Positions 37,722 to 47,819 of a stretch of DNA of 64,000 nucleotides are shown here, in pieces. The position numbers were made by a program, and so were the translations under genes. Within the stretch, counting starts at the first letter, position 1, and each line of letters starts with the position of its first letter. Origin of the DNA: Eukaryota sp. GEM-RC1 (lineage: Eukaryota); contig JAUFOQ010000005.1 in the NCBI GenBank assembly GCA_040285855.1, forward strand, positions 248,001 through 312,000, written 5' to 3'. The notes beneath the pieces were generated by a model, which saw only the letters and a program-made list of their open reading frames with translations, was not told the origin of the DNA and searched no databases.

Positions 37722-40214
37722 CTACAGTAGCTGTATTTTTACAAAACCATCTCCATCATTACTTCCACTAGTATTTACTGGATTTAATCCTGAATTGAAA
37801 GATCCAGCTCCATACGAGGGGTATGTATTGTTGAACTGACCACAAGGGACTACACTACCCCCGGTATACCCCCCGCCTCCTCCTCCTTCATATCTGGCAC
37901 CTCCACCACAACCAAATCCTCCGTGAGCTGTAATAGAACGACCAGTATCACTTTGACCACCCATTCCTCCATTAAGAAAGGACTTACCTCCAGTACTATC
38001 ACCATTACCACTAGTTCCATTCTGACCATCAAGAGTGAAACCACCTCCACCACTACCTCGTTCTCCTTTACCAACACCTTCAGTGAAATCTACTCTTCCA
38101 TCAGGTCCGTTTGTTTTCCAATGACTAAGATTCTGCCCATTACCACCTCCTGCAACTATTAAAGGAGAAGAATCCAAAACAACAAAGGAACCACCTCCAC
38201 CTCCTCCGGCAACATACATACCACCTTTAGCATCACACCCAACCTGACCAACCAATATTTTAATAATTTGACCAGATTTCAATTCAAATTCACCAATCAT
38301 TACTGCTCCTTTTCCAGGTTTAGTTGAAGTGTTATAATTATTATTACCACCTCTAGCTCCAGCACATTCAATTCTATACATTCCAGTTAAAGGTACAGTC
38401 CAATGTTGAATCCCATCAATAACATTAAAATTTTCAATATTTTTAAAATATTCATGGTGATAAGCACCAATACAGTCCTCAAGAGAAGGTCCAGTTCTAC
38501 CTGTTTTTCCAGCATTAGTAAAGGTAAATGAGAAAAACAGTTGAGATAATTGAGAGTTTCTTTGCTTTAAAGTGACAACATTCTTTTCTAACTCAGATTT
38601 ATCATTATTTAAATTCTGAACAAGATCATCAAGTGTTTTCTTTTGCTGGGACATAGTCAAGAGCTCATTTTTTTGAAAGTTTAACACTAGTAAGGCATTA
38701 TCAGCAAAATACTTTTGGAAGAATTGAAACAATTTTGAATTATTTTTTAAGTCTGAAAATATTTCAAAAATAGCAACAGGATCTGTCACTTTCAAATCAA
38801 AACCATTGACACAATCATGAAATACGTCAACATCCCAATCAAAATTTCGCCAAGAATCAACAAGACTTTTGGCCAAAAACGTTGAATAATCAGCTGTAAC
38901 TGATGGAGAAAGAAGTTTGAAAGCTAAAGGTGATGGAGAAAATCCTTGAAAACTATGTAGAAACTCAAAAGGAACAACTTTCATAAAATTGACAACAAAA
39001 TAATCAAGATCAGATTTAGCTCTATCAGCAGCTTGAAAAGTCCATAAAAACCAATGAGGAGGAATTTTCCCCAATTGTTTAATATTTGAAAAATTATCAA
39101 CTGACCATTGTAATAAAACAGACTCAAAAGATTTTTCATCAAATAAAGGTTGAATTAAAGTGTACAGATTGTTGTAATCAAATTGATGAATATCAATTAA
39201 AATTAGAATAGAATTTAATTCTTCACTAGTTAATTCTTGATTTTTAAAAGTTTCTAAAAGACATTGAATAAGCCACCAATTATCAACAATAGGAAACAAC
39301 CTATGAAGTATTTCAACTGACAATGGTAATGAATCGAGTTTCAGGGGATGAGAAAGATTTTTAAATATATGTAAAATTTGTTCAACAAATCGAACTTGAT
39401 GACGAACATTTGCTAAATTCAAAAGTGACAATAATTCCAAATCAGTAAAAGTATTGGTTAATAAAAACGTCTTACAAGCTTCCAAAAGCTCTGGAACTTG
39501 AAAATAAAAGGACAATTGATAAAAACTTAAAACATTAGAAATATTGACCTTAATTGAATCTGAATAGAACAAATTAAAAAATTGTTCAAAAGTATCTTCT
39601 TCTACTCCTTCAAATTCTGATTCATAAGTGATTTTGCGATCATTTGAATCAATAAAACTAGTAGAGAATTGGTTCAGAAAAGTTGCTGACGTGGCAACTA
39701 AAATTAGGGAATTTGTTTGAATGTGTACTTCCTTGTAAGTAATTGACACGTCACTAGGGGCAAACTTTCTAAAATTAGCAACAATCACGTCATGATTTAA
39801 TTGAAAAGTAAACGTTTCCTTCAGGTTCAATTCAGAAGCAATAAGAAGAGCAAGAAAATGAGAAAGGTTAGTGGATTTCAAGTAAGTAGAGACAACACCA
39901 GTATGATAGAGATCTTGAAAAGTGAACTTCAGAGGGAGACCGTAGAAGGAGTTTAAGACTTTGAAGAAGAGGGAGGAATCGGGAAGCAAATAAAAAAGGG
40001 AAACGAGATCATCTAGTTTGGAGGAAGAAAACAGTTTGGTTTTGAGAAGTTCACTGAAGAGAGAAACGACGGCAGAATGACAAGGAAACTCGTCATCGTG
40101 AAGGAAAATGGATGAGTCAATGAGAACACCTTCTTTACGAAGATTACAAAGCTTTGCAGTGATAGTAGATGGAGGGAAGGCGAAGGTTTTGGTAGGAGAA
40201 GATTCAGTCCCCAT
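37722..40214 (-). CDS. Tandem BTB/POZ + coiled-coil + ALK/LTK-like glycine-rich domain protein, paralog 3 (intact, ~830 aa)
   Basis: Uninterrupted ORF with the same motifs as 12093-14571. 3' flank homology to ~14570-14740 extends to ~37550. Confidence 0.9.
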   Translation of the reverse strand: MGTESSPTKTFAFPPSTITAKLCNLRKEGVLIDSSIFLHDDEFPCHSAVVSLFSELLKTKLFSSSKLDDLVSLFYLLPDSSLFFKVLNSFYGLPLKFTFQDLYHTGVVSTYLKSTNLSHFLALLIASELNLKETFTFQLNHDVIVANFRKFAPSDVSITYKEVHIQTNSLILVATSATFLNQFSTSFIDSNDRKITYESEFEGVEEDTFEQFFNLFYSDSIKVNISNVLSFYQLSFYFQVPELLEACKTFLLTNTFTDLELLSLLNLANVRHQVRFVEQILHIFKNLSHPLKLDSLPLSVEILHRLFPIVDNWWLIQCLLETFKNQELTSEELNSILILIDIHQFDYNNLYTLIQPLFDEKSFESVLLQWSVDNFSNIKQLGKIPPHWFLWTFQAADRAKSDLDYFVVNFMKVVPFEFLHSFQGFSPSPLAFKLLSPSVTADYSTFLAKSLVDSWRNFDWDVDVFHDCVNGFDLKVTDPVAIFEIFSDLKNNSKLFQFFQKYFADNALLVLNFQKNELLTMSQQKKTLDDLVQNLNNDKSELEKNVVTLKQRNSQLSQLFFSFTFTNAGKTGRTGPSLEDCIGAYHHEYFKNIENFNVIDGIQHWTVPLTGMYRIECAGARGGNNNYNTSTKPGKGAVMIGEFELKSGQIIKILVGQVGCDAKGGMYVAGGGGGGSFVVLDSSPLIVAGGGNGQNLSHWKTNGPDGRVDFTEGVGKGERGSGGGGFTLDGQNGTSGNGDSTGGKSFLNGGMGGQSDTGRSITAHGGFGCGGGARYEGGGGGGYTGGSVVPCGQFNNTYPSYGAGSFNSGLNPVNTSGSNDGDGFVKIQLL

Positions 40215-40242
40215 AACAACTTGATTCAAGATGGTTCTAAAG

Positions 40243-40389
40243 CAGGGTTTGGGAAAATTGAATTGCCATTACAATTATTTGAATACATTGGTATGAAACA
40301 TTGATTGGTTCAACGTAAAACATTGGAATTGGCATCGGTTAAACAGCAATCATTGACATTGGCAATCAATTCAATTGTTCCAAACCCTG
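40243..40389. mobile_element. 147-bp MITE
   Basis: Imperfect 23-bp TIR CAGGGTTTGG(G/A)A(A/C)AATTGAATTG; flanks GTTCTAAAG / GTACTAAAG (8 of 9 match); internal CATTG repeats. Confidence 0.75.
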
Positions 40390-40391
40390 GT

Positions 40392-40432
40392 ACTAAAGTA
40401 CTAAAGTAACTTTAGTACTTTAGTCCCATCTA
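40392..40432. repeat. Perfect 33-bp inverted repeat next to a probable hAT terminus stub
   Basis: ACTAAAGTACTAAAGT-A-ACTTTAGTACTTTAGT followed by CCCATCTA. The reverse complement begins TAGATGGGA, like the TIR at 32677. Confidence 0.6.
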
Positions 40433-40896
40433 TTTAGTAAAGTTGATTCATTTTACCAGCGGTGCGAACTTTTCTTTTCTTTACTTTTCGGCTGCTTCTA
40501 GGTGGTTTAGACCTTTTGAAGTTACGACTTCAATACGTTTTATTGTACAAATATCATCATTCCATAAACTTCTTGCTCGTTAACAAAACAATAATAAATG
40601 CGTTTATAAAATCAACAATGAATCTACAACAGAATTTCGTTTCAACAAAGCAATCAATAATAGTAACATGATTCATCTCTTCTGTTCCTCAACTACTGCA
40701 TTTATGAGAGACTAGGTAAAATACTGTTATAAAACAAGTAATTACAATAAAGTAATGGTTAAAACTCGTTGAGATTTGAGTTGAAGCAAAGCACATTTGT
40801 AGACATTATCTATAATTAATCATAGACTTCCAACTACTAGTGTGCTTGACATATGGATACAATCACGTCATTTCAAGTTCTAATTAGGAATCTATT

Positions 40897-43211
40897 CTAA
40901 GTAAACTTCAAATTACCTTTTGAAACTGAATTAATGTAAGCTATGGTTGTGTCATCAAAAGAATTTAAACCCAGATCAATATTTTCAATTATAGAATTCT
41001 CCAGAAAAACGTGAGCAAATGCAATTGCAGCTTTACTTGTAATATAAGTAGACCTTAGGACAAACTGCTTAATCGATGAATTGGCTTTCAACGCATCAGC
41101 TAAAGCTATAGTAGCTGGAACCGTAGGATTAACAACAGAAAGATCGTCAAATTCAACAAACTTTAGATAACTGCTATTCGAAATTAAACTACACAATAGA
41201 GGAATAGTTGAACCATGAAATTCACAGTTTTTTAGAGTCAGTTTTTGAATCTTAAAACTCTCCAAAAGAGAGTTAGAGATGAAGTGTCTTTACGTGAAAT
41301 CTGTTTACAACTCACAGGAGCAAAAAGAAACACTCCATTGATGACGTCAACAAAATGAGGGAATATATCAAGGTCAAGATCTACTTTCCTCATTGCAAGA
41401 ATTTCATAGACAATCATAAGTCCTGGAATAGTAGGGAATCCGAAACCAAGACACTTCAAATACTTGAGAGGAATACCTGAGGTTAAAAGAGCAGTAAGAT
41501 CAGATTCTTGGATTCTTGATTCAAACCTAATAAAACCACGAGAAACATCAAACACATGCGGATCGAAACGGATATCTGGAAGTAGTTTTTGACGAGTAAC
41601 CAGTTCAAATGCAGCTAGTAATACTTTGAGCGGAACACAATTAAAACTTAGATCAACAGACTTTAAGGTAGAATTAGATTGTAGAGCATCAATTATGTCC
41701 ATAAGAGTACCACCATAAAGCTCACAACCAGGAAAACCCATGAAGGTCAAGTGATTATTGGTCTTAATGAAATCAATCAAAATAGGGATCATCGTACTAC
41801 CAAATTCACAGGTTGATAAAGAGAGTCTCCTAATATTAGTAGATTCTACAAGGTTTTGCAGAGAAGAGAAATCATCCAGACTAATTTGAACACGATATCC
41901 TGGGTTAAAAGAGAGTATGCCTTCAGTCACATTTAGATAGTGAGGGGACATGTTGATAGGGGAAGTGATCTCATTAGTAAACATAGCCTTATAAAGAGTA
42001 ATTAAACAGTTCAAGTTTAATGAAGGTAAACTGACTTTTTTTAAAATTGAATTAGTTTGAATTGCGATAAGGATATTTTTAAATGAAATAGATTTAAATA
42101 AGTAACTGTCAAGGGTCAAAACAAGAAGTCCAGTATTTTTTTTCAGCATTTCTACTAGCAAACTTGCCTGGTTTTCATCTAGCCGCCATCTTGTTCGTGA
42201 CAAACATAGTTCTACCAAAGAGGAATTAATTGTTAAAGAATTAAAAAGTGACGAGAAATCAGTTGAGATTCCAGACAAGGACAGCTTCCTTAGATTGGTG
42301 TTACACGTCAAAACTTCTGAAAGACCATCAATATCAATCTTGGTGTCGAAAAAGGAAACTTCTTGAAGAGATGTATTACTAACAAGAGCTGAGAAGACTT
42401 TAGAATTGGTCTGGGACACACGTGGAAATAGAATTGATTTGAGAGAGAAGCTTCGTAAAAGAGGAATAACAACATCGGAATCTTTAGTGAAGAAGTGGGA
42501 GAGATCAACACTTTTGATTGTAGAATTCTTACTCAAACCAGTGAAAAGTGACATAAACTCAGCCTCACTTACTGCAAACCCCCTGTTAGATATTGCTAGC
42601 TTTGTTATAGTTGTATTTGAAGAGAAGATGGTGGTGAGAGCAGTGATTGCGGATGACGTGAACATATCAATGACGAGATCTAGCTCTTTTATTGTTGAAT
42701 TAAGGGAGAGATGATCGGCAAAAGAAGTAAAAGGGGAACCTGGATAGACTGTAATATCAAGACGTTTAAGAAGGGGAAAGGAGTGAGAACGTGGATGGTT
42801 GAGGAAAGTGAAGTCATTGACATAGTAGTCCAGGTTGAATTGTAGGCCTGAAACAATTGAACTAGACTCAAAGATTGTGTTAGATTTGAAAGTATGTTCC
42901 AGTAACAAGTTCACTGATCTAATGTTCGCACCAAAGAACGAGGAAAGAGAGAGAAGACGATCGAGTTCTTGGGAATCCAAGTGATGAGTATTTGATTCGA
43001 GAAAAACTTGAACTGTAATGGTAGCGGATTCAAGAAAGTGTTGACTCACATATCCTAGCTTATGAAAGAATAGAGAGAGGTTCTTGGAGAAATCAGAACA
43101 AAACTTTGGATAGCTGTAGCGACCTGGTTTTATCGAAGCATTGTGTAGATGTGTGAGGAAGCGGGAGCCGATTAAGACCAGTAACGATTGTGGGAGATGT
43201 AAATGGTGCAT
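40897..43211 (-). CDS. RNI-like LRR protein, copy B (one 1-bp frameshift near 41265)
   Basis: A 666-aa ORF plus a 122-aa ORF, near-identical to 2245-4570, which is in frame at this position. Confidence 0.85.
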
Positions 43212-43370
43212 TCTGATGACTGACAAATCCAATAGCAAATGTTATCATTAGAGGTCTACTTTATGATACTGTACATACAAATCTACCCCACAGTCTCCCA
43301 CACTCTTAACACTGATCTGAAAATCAACAAGGTTGTAGTGTTGAAGTACATGCAGTAAGTTAGCAGCATT

Positions 43371-44051
43371 CTAGGATCGGTAATGCTTACAAGAAGACTT
43401 GTGGGCGTGATTTCCAACAGTAAATATTCCAGATCTTCCCTGATAATCAGCAAAACAGAGCCAGCAGAATTCCTTACTACATTTGAAACATCGCATATGA
43501 TCACAACCGTCATTCTTTTCGATGCCATATCCACATCCTGGACACGGCTTTGTGTTTTGTTCAATGTAGTTTCTATTGGCGTTCTCTTCTGATGCATAAA
43601 TCGATTGCAAGTATTCCTGACATGTTTTTCCTTCATGCCAAACCACTCTGTCAACGTAGCAAGTCTTGGTTCTGCATTTTGGACAGGAAATGATGGGGTA
43701 GTTCTCCCCATCATCGTACACTGCTCCAAAGCCACACCCAGGTTTAGCACACCACCGGAACTCTGGTATAGATTCAATAAACTTCTTGAAGAGGAGTTCT
43801 TCGTATGATTCAAAGTCAAGGGCTGTGGCAAAAGTGCGGATGTTTTCGTGTTCCATTTTAGAGTTACAGTCTGAATTCAAGCAAGGAACTTCTCTGAAGG
43901 CGTTTTTGACGTTGATTTCCTCACGAACGTGTCTCAAGATACAAACATTGCAGAAGTCTCTTTCATGATCACAAGAAGAGCACATCTTTACAGACCAATC
44001 TTCGTCTTCGTCTTTATCAGAGAAACAGATGCGACAGGAGAGGGCAGTCAT
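43371..44051 (-). CDS. RBR E3 ubiquitin ligase, copy B (intact)
   Basis: RING1-IBR-RING2 with IEKNDGCDHMRC. Start placed at MTALSC because the upstream frame is not conserved in copy A. Confidence 0.9.
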   Translation of the reverse strand: MTALSCRICFSDKDEDEDWSVKMCSSCDHERDFCNVCILRHVREEINVKNAFREVPCLNSDCNSKMEHENIRTFATALDFESYEELLFKKFIESIPEFRWCAKPGCGFGAVYDDGENYPIISCPKCRTKTCYVDRVVWHEGKTCQEYLQSIYASEENANRNYIEQNTKPCPGCGYGIEKNDGCDHMRCFKCSKEFCWLCFADYQGRSGIFTVGNHAHKSSCKHYRS

Positions 44052-44924
44052 TCGGTGCAAATTTAAATTTTGAACTCTAGATGAATGATCCAGTGCTTCT
44101 TCCTGCATCTCCTTTTCCCTTTGATAATATATGTCATTCTTGACATCAAACAAACTGGCAGTCCAACAATAGCAGACTAATTGGAATTCAGTCTGCTCGA
44201 TCTTTTTAAAACCCCATCCACTGCACTAATTGGTATCTTTTTGAGCTCGGATCATCCCAAATATACCGAGTAAAACAAACATAGTCTTTGTCATCAAAAC
44301 AACAATACAAAAAGAGAAGAAACATGAAGTAAAAATACCACGATATGCACTTTGTTAGCTTTTCGGTCATCAAACACCAATACTTGCATGAGAAACAGAT
44401 AACACTAAATTATAGAAATCATGAAGCAACTTTAACTACTGTGAAAGCTAGTCTAAAGTTTGGACCAGCTGTCTTGTGTGAATTAAACTGTAGTTCACTT
44501 TCTTATTCCGCCGATACAGACAAAAACAAGATTATGTGTCCAAAAATCAGTAACTCTGTATCAACTCAACAACAAGGAACCCAAAGTTCTATATCGGCAA
44601 TTCAAGTATCGAAAGAAGGATTAAGGAAAATGTCTAGGATCAAGGCATCGGTTCCAGCACCCTATTCCATGATGGTTGGAAACACAAACATGGGAAAATC
44701 GTCAACAGTCGAGATGAAACAAACAAATAGAAAAACTACAAGACAAAAGAAAAACAGGAGCACATAAAATTATAGAAGCATAAGGAAAAAGAGACTGCCC
44801 AAAGAACACAACAGATCTAAGTACATAAAGATGTTATACTTAGAGACAAGAGAAACACATTCTGGCACGACAAAATTCTCTCCTCTGGAATTTTGATGAC
44901 TTCCCTTTCAATGTCAGATCCGTC

Positions 44925-45545
44925 ATGCTTGTTGTCTGTTTAGAAGGTCCTCACGGGGTTGGTAAAAGCTCTCTCCTCAAACAGTTCTCTGCATTGGGTT
45001 TTCCTACTCTCGATGAGGCTTTCCTCGATCTACCTGATTCCATATTACATCCCCAAACTCTCACAATGGAACTTGAATGGCTATCGAAGTGGTTCCAACG
45101 CCTTCTGAAAAAGAAATCAGATCCCAAAGGCCATTATCCTGTCTACATTGCAGATCGAAGCCCCTTTTCTGCAGAGCTGTATGCTCACAACGGAAAGCTT
45201 CTGTCACCCGTCCTTCGATCCATGGTTGAAGAAATGGAACAAGAAGCTGGTATCAAGATTGTCACCATTCATCTCAAAGTCTCTCCCTCTGTTCTATGGA
45301 GTCGTATCCAGACCCGTCTAGTCACGGAGCCCTCTCGTACCCTGTATAATGAACATCGCTACTCTTGGATGATGACTGTGCTTGAGTTCTACAACACGTC
45401 GTCGTGGACATATGTGGTCTCAAACAATGCCGATTTACAGAACTGTTTGGAGGACGTTGTAAGTACTCTGAACAAGAATGAGCAGGGCTTTAGTGAGTTG
45501 CCAATTGAAGCTCGTCGAAACTGTGTTTCATCTATTTCTTCATAA
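44925..45545 (+). CDS. Deoxynucleoside/thymidylate kinase-like protein, copy B
   Basis: Same protein as 6307-6927; only synonymous differences seen. Confidence 0.85.
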   Translation: MLVVCLEGPHGVGKSSLLKQFSALGFPTLDEAFLDLPDSILHPQTLTMELEWLSKWFQRLLKKKSDPKGHYPVYIADRSPFSAELYAHNGKLLSPVLRSMVEEMEQEAGIKIVTIHLKVSPSVLWSRIQTRLVTEPSRTLYNEHRYSWMMTVLEFYNTSSWTYVVSNNADLQNCLEDVVSTLNKNEQGFSELPIEARRNCVSSISS

Positions 45546-46206
45546 TTCAACACTCTTTGTTAGTGTTTTTTGGAGGTTATTTAATAAACAAAGTATATTT
45601 ACTAAGTTCTAGGAAGTCGTTACCCCCATGTTGCGTATTCAAACTGTTCTACACCTCTAAAATTTTTGTTCAGTACAGTGCATCCATCCTTTCAGTCAAC
45701 ATATTATCCGAATTGTCAATAGTCAATTATATACACCAAAGTAGACGACCAATTGTGCAGTCTGAATGTATTTGAAAAATGTCGTGCTATAAATTTTCAG
45801 AACTGACATTTTGCGCACTTTGATTTGCAAGTTGAGACACTCCAGTTACATGTGCAATTCCTGATCCTGTATGATCAATAGATACATTGGATCCTTGGGT
45901 ATTCATTCGATAGAGCCTGGAACGAATATCTGCACCAGCGTGGAACTGATCCTCCATGTACTTACAAGAAGCAGATCAACTGATGTCCATTCTTCCCATG
46001 TAAACCAGTTCGCTGCCCAATCTTGCTAAGGTGTTATTACTCTAATTGCTCTAATCTGGCAACTCAACTCTGTTACATGATTCTACTATAAGAAAAAGTG
46101 GGCCATTTTGTTACACGTATAAGAATTCCCAAATTTCATCTGTCACACGTATAGATCTAGCCATAGATATAGCCCCAAAAAGTGCGTATTTGTCAACACT
46201 AAATTC

Positions 46207-47787
46207 CAGTGTTGTCAAATGCGCACTTTTCCAGAAATGAAATGCGTCAAAATGCGCCAAATGCGCGCATTTTGATTTCGAACTTGAGACCATGGAACGC
46301 AAATGTTCCGTACCGGAGCGATTTTCGGCGTACCGTACCGTACCGTACGGACGTACGGTACGTGTACCGGTACTGTACTTTGATCAACTAGATTACATTA
46401 TTACTATTTTGAACATGATGATCCAATGTGAGATTTTAACAGTTACCATCGTCATGTATTCAACTGTTAGACATGGCTCAGGATATCAAGATCACGATTG
46501 TTACACTCAGTCGAATTTGGGGTACATCATTGATGACCACAACTTTTCCAAAATGACATTAGTTCACACGAAGCTCAGGAATCACATAAAATCAACAACA
46601 ATATCATCTTCAACTTACATTGCAATAAACGAGTGAGTACTACGAAATATACCATAACAAAGAGCCCAAAAACCCTAAAATTTTGTGTATAAACTATTAG
46701 AATGCACAGAAGCCAATTGCAAATTGTACTATGTTTGACGAGGGAATAAACCTCCACTCAAAATTTGTATTTGTAAATCATTTTAGGTCATTCATAAAAA
46801 GGCTTCAAATAAAATCAAATCACATCGGTACGGATAAACAAAATCGGTACGTACCGATCCGTACCGTACGTACGGTACGTACGACGTACCAAAGATTTGC
46901 GCACATTGCTTGAGACACCCCATTAATAAAAATCTTTTTCGTCGTGCTGATACATGTCCTCGTAATTCTCTATAATCCATATCCCTTTCGAGATGTATCA
47001 AAATCCTACATCATTTGGCATCACGCTACAATTGTATACCAACCTCCTTCCAAAGGTTCTGTAGTATCAGAAGCTACAGTTCATTGTCGTCATTGTGTCC
47101 ACCAGTCCGTCACTGGAACTAATCCTTTGAAACAGCACTTTGTACCGGGGACGACGTAGTGTTTTCTTGTTCAAAACTGTGTTCAGAACTTGTTGAAAGT
47201 CTTTAAGCTGAGTTGAGAGCTCGAAAACGCACATCCTCTTCTCATTGACCAATCTCATTAAACAACTGTTACTGTTGATCACATACTCTATACAGAAAAT
47301 GTGTTTCAACTTTAAGGTCAAACAGTGGACGTTGGTGTCTTAATAAATGGTCTTTAAACCATGTTTCATTCAGTATTTTACACGATATTAACCGTTTATG
47401 GTTTTGTATCGATTTACATTGCTCGTAAATATGGGTAAAACCGACTTTTGATCAAAAGTTTTGGTTGAATCCCACAACCATACACTAACATCACTGATTT
47501 TAAAACAATTCACATCGTGATATCAAAAGAATGTTCATTGAATTGTATACAATACAACTTTGCATTTGTCCAACGAAAGAGGTACCGCAAAACACTGTTT
47601 TGAGATCAACATCACTGTTATTGTATATAGAGATATAGAGACTTATACAGAAGCACAAAAAAAAATTCAAAAAAATCTCAAAGTCAAAATGCGCAAGATC
47701 ACAAAATCCCAAATGCGTAAAGGCGTCAAAATGTGCCAAATGTGCTCATTTGACGCATTTGGCGCATTCTGAAAATTGATAACACTG
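46207..47787 (+). mobile_element. Non-autonomous hAT element (GCGCATTT-subterminal family) with BED-finger remnant
   Basis: TIR CAGTGTT(G/A)TCAA; 8-bp TSD CTAAATTC at 46199-46206 and 47788-47795; remnant SYIIWHH..VHCRHC..GTNPLKQHF at ~47000-47145. Confidence 0.92.
46291..46908. mobile_element. Nested non-autonomous hAT-like element (CCGTAC-subterminal family), 618 bp
   Basis: 8-bp TSD CTTGAGAC at 46283-46290 and 46909-46916; imperfect TIR CA..G..CGCAAAT; GTAC arrays at both ends; empty site (GTCTCAAG) at ~8000 in the sister element. Confidence 0.9.
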
Positions 47788-47819
47788 CTAAATTCCTTCA
47801 TCTCGGATCTGGTTGTTAT

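Noticed and set aside
44345..44767. 140-aa ORF between the RBR and kinase genes as a real gene
   Set aside because: No recognisable motif, low-complexity K/T/Q composition, and the frame is broken in copy A (~5745-6150).
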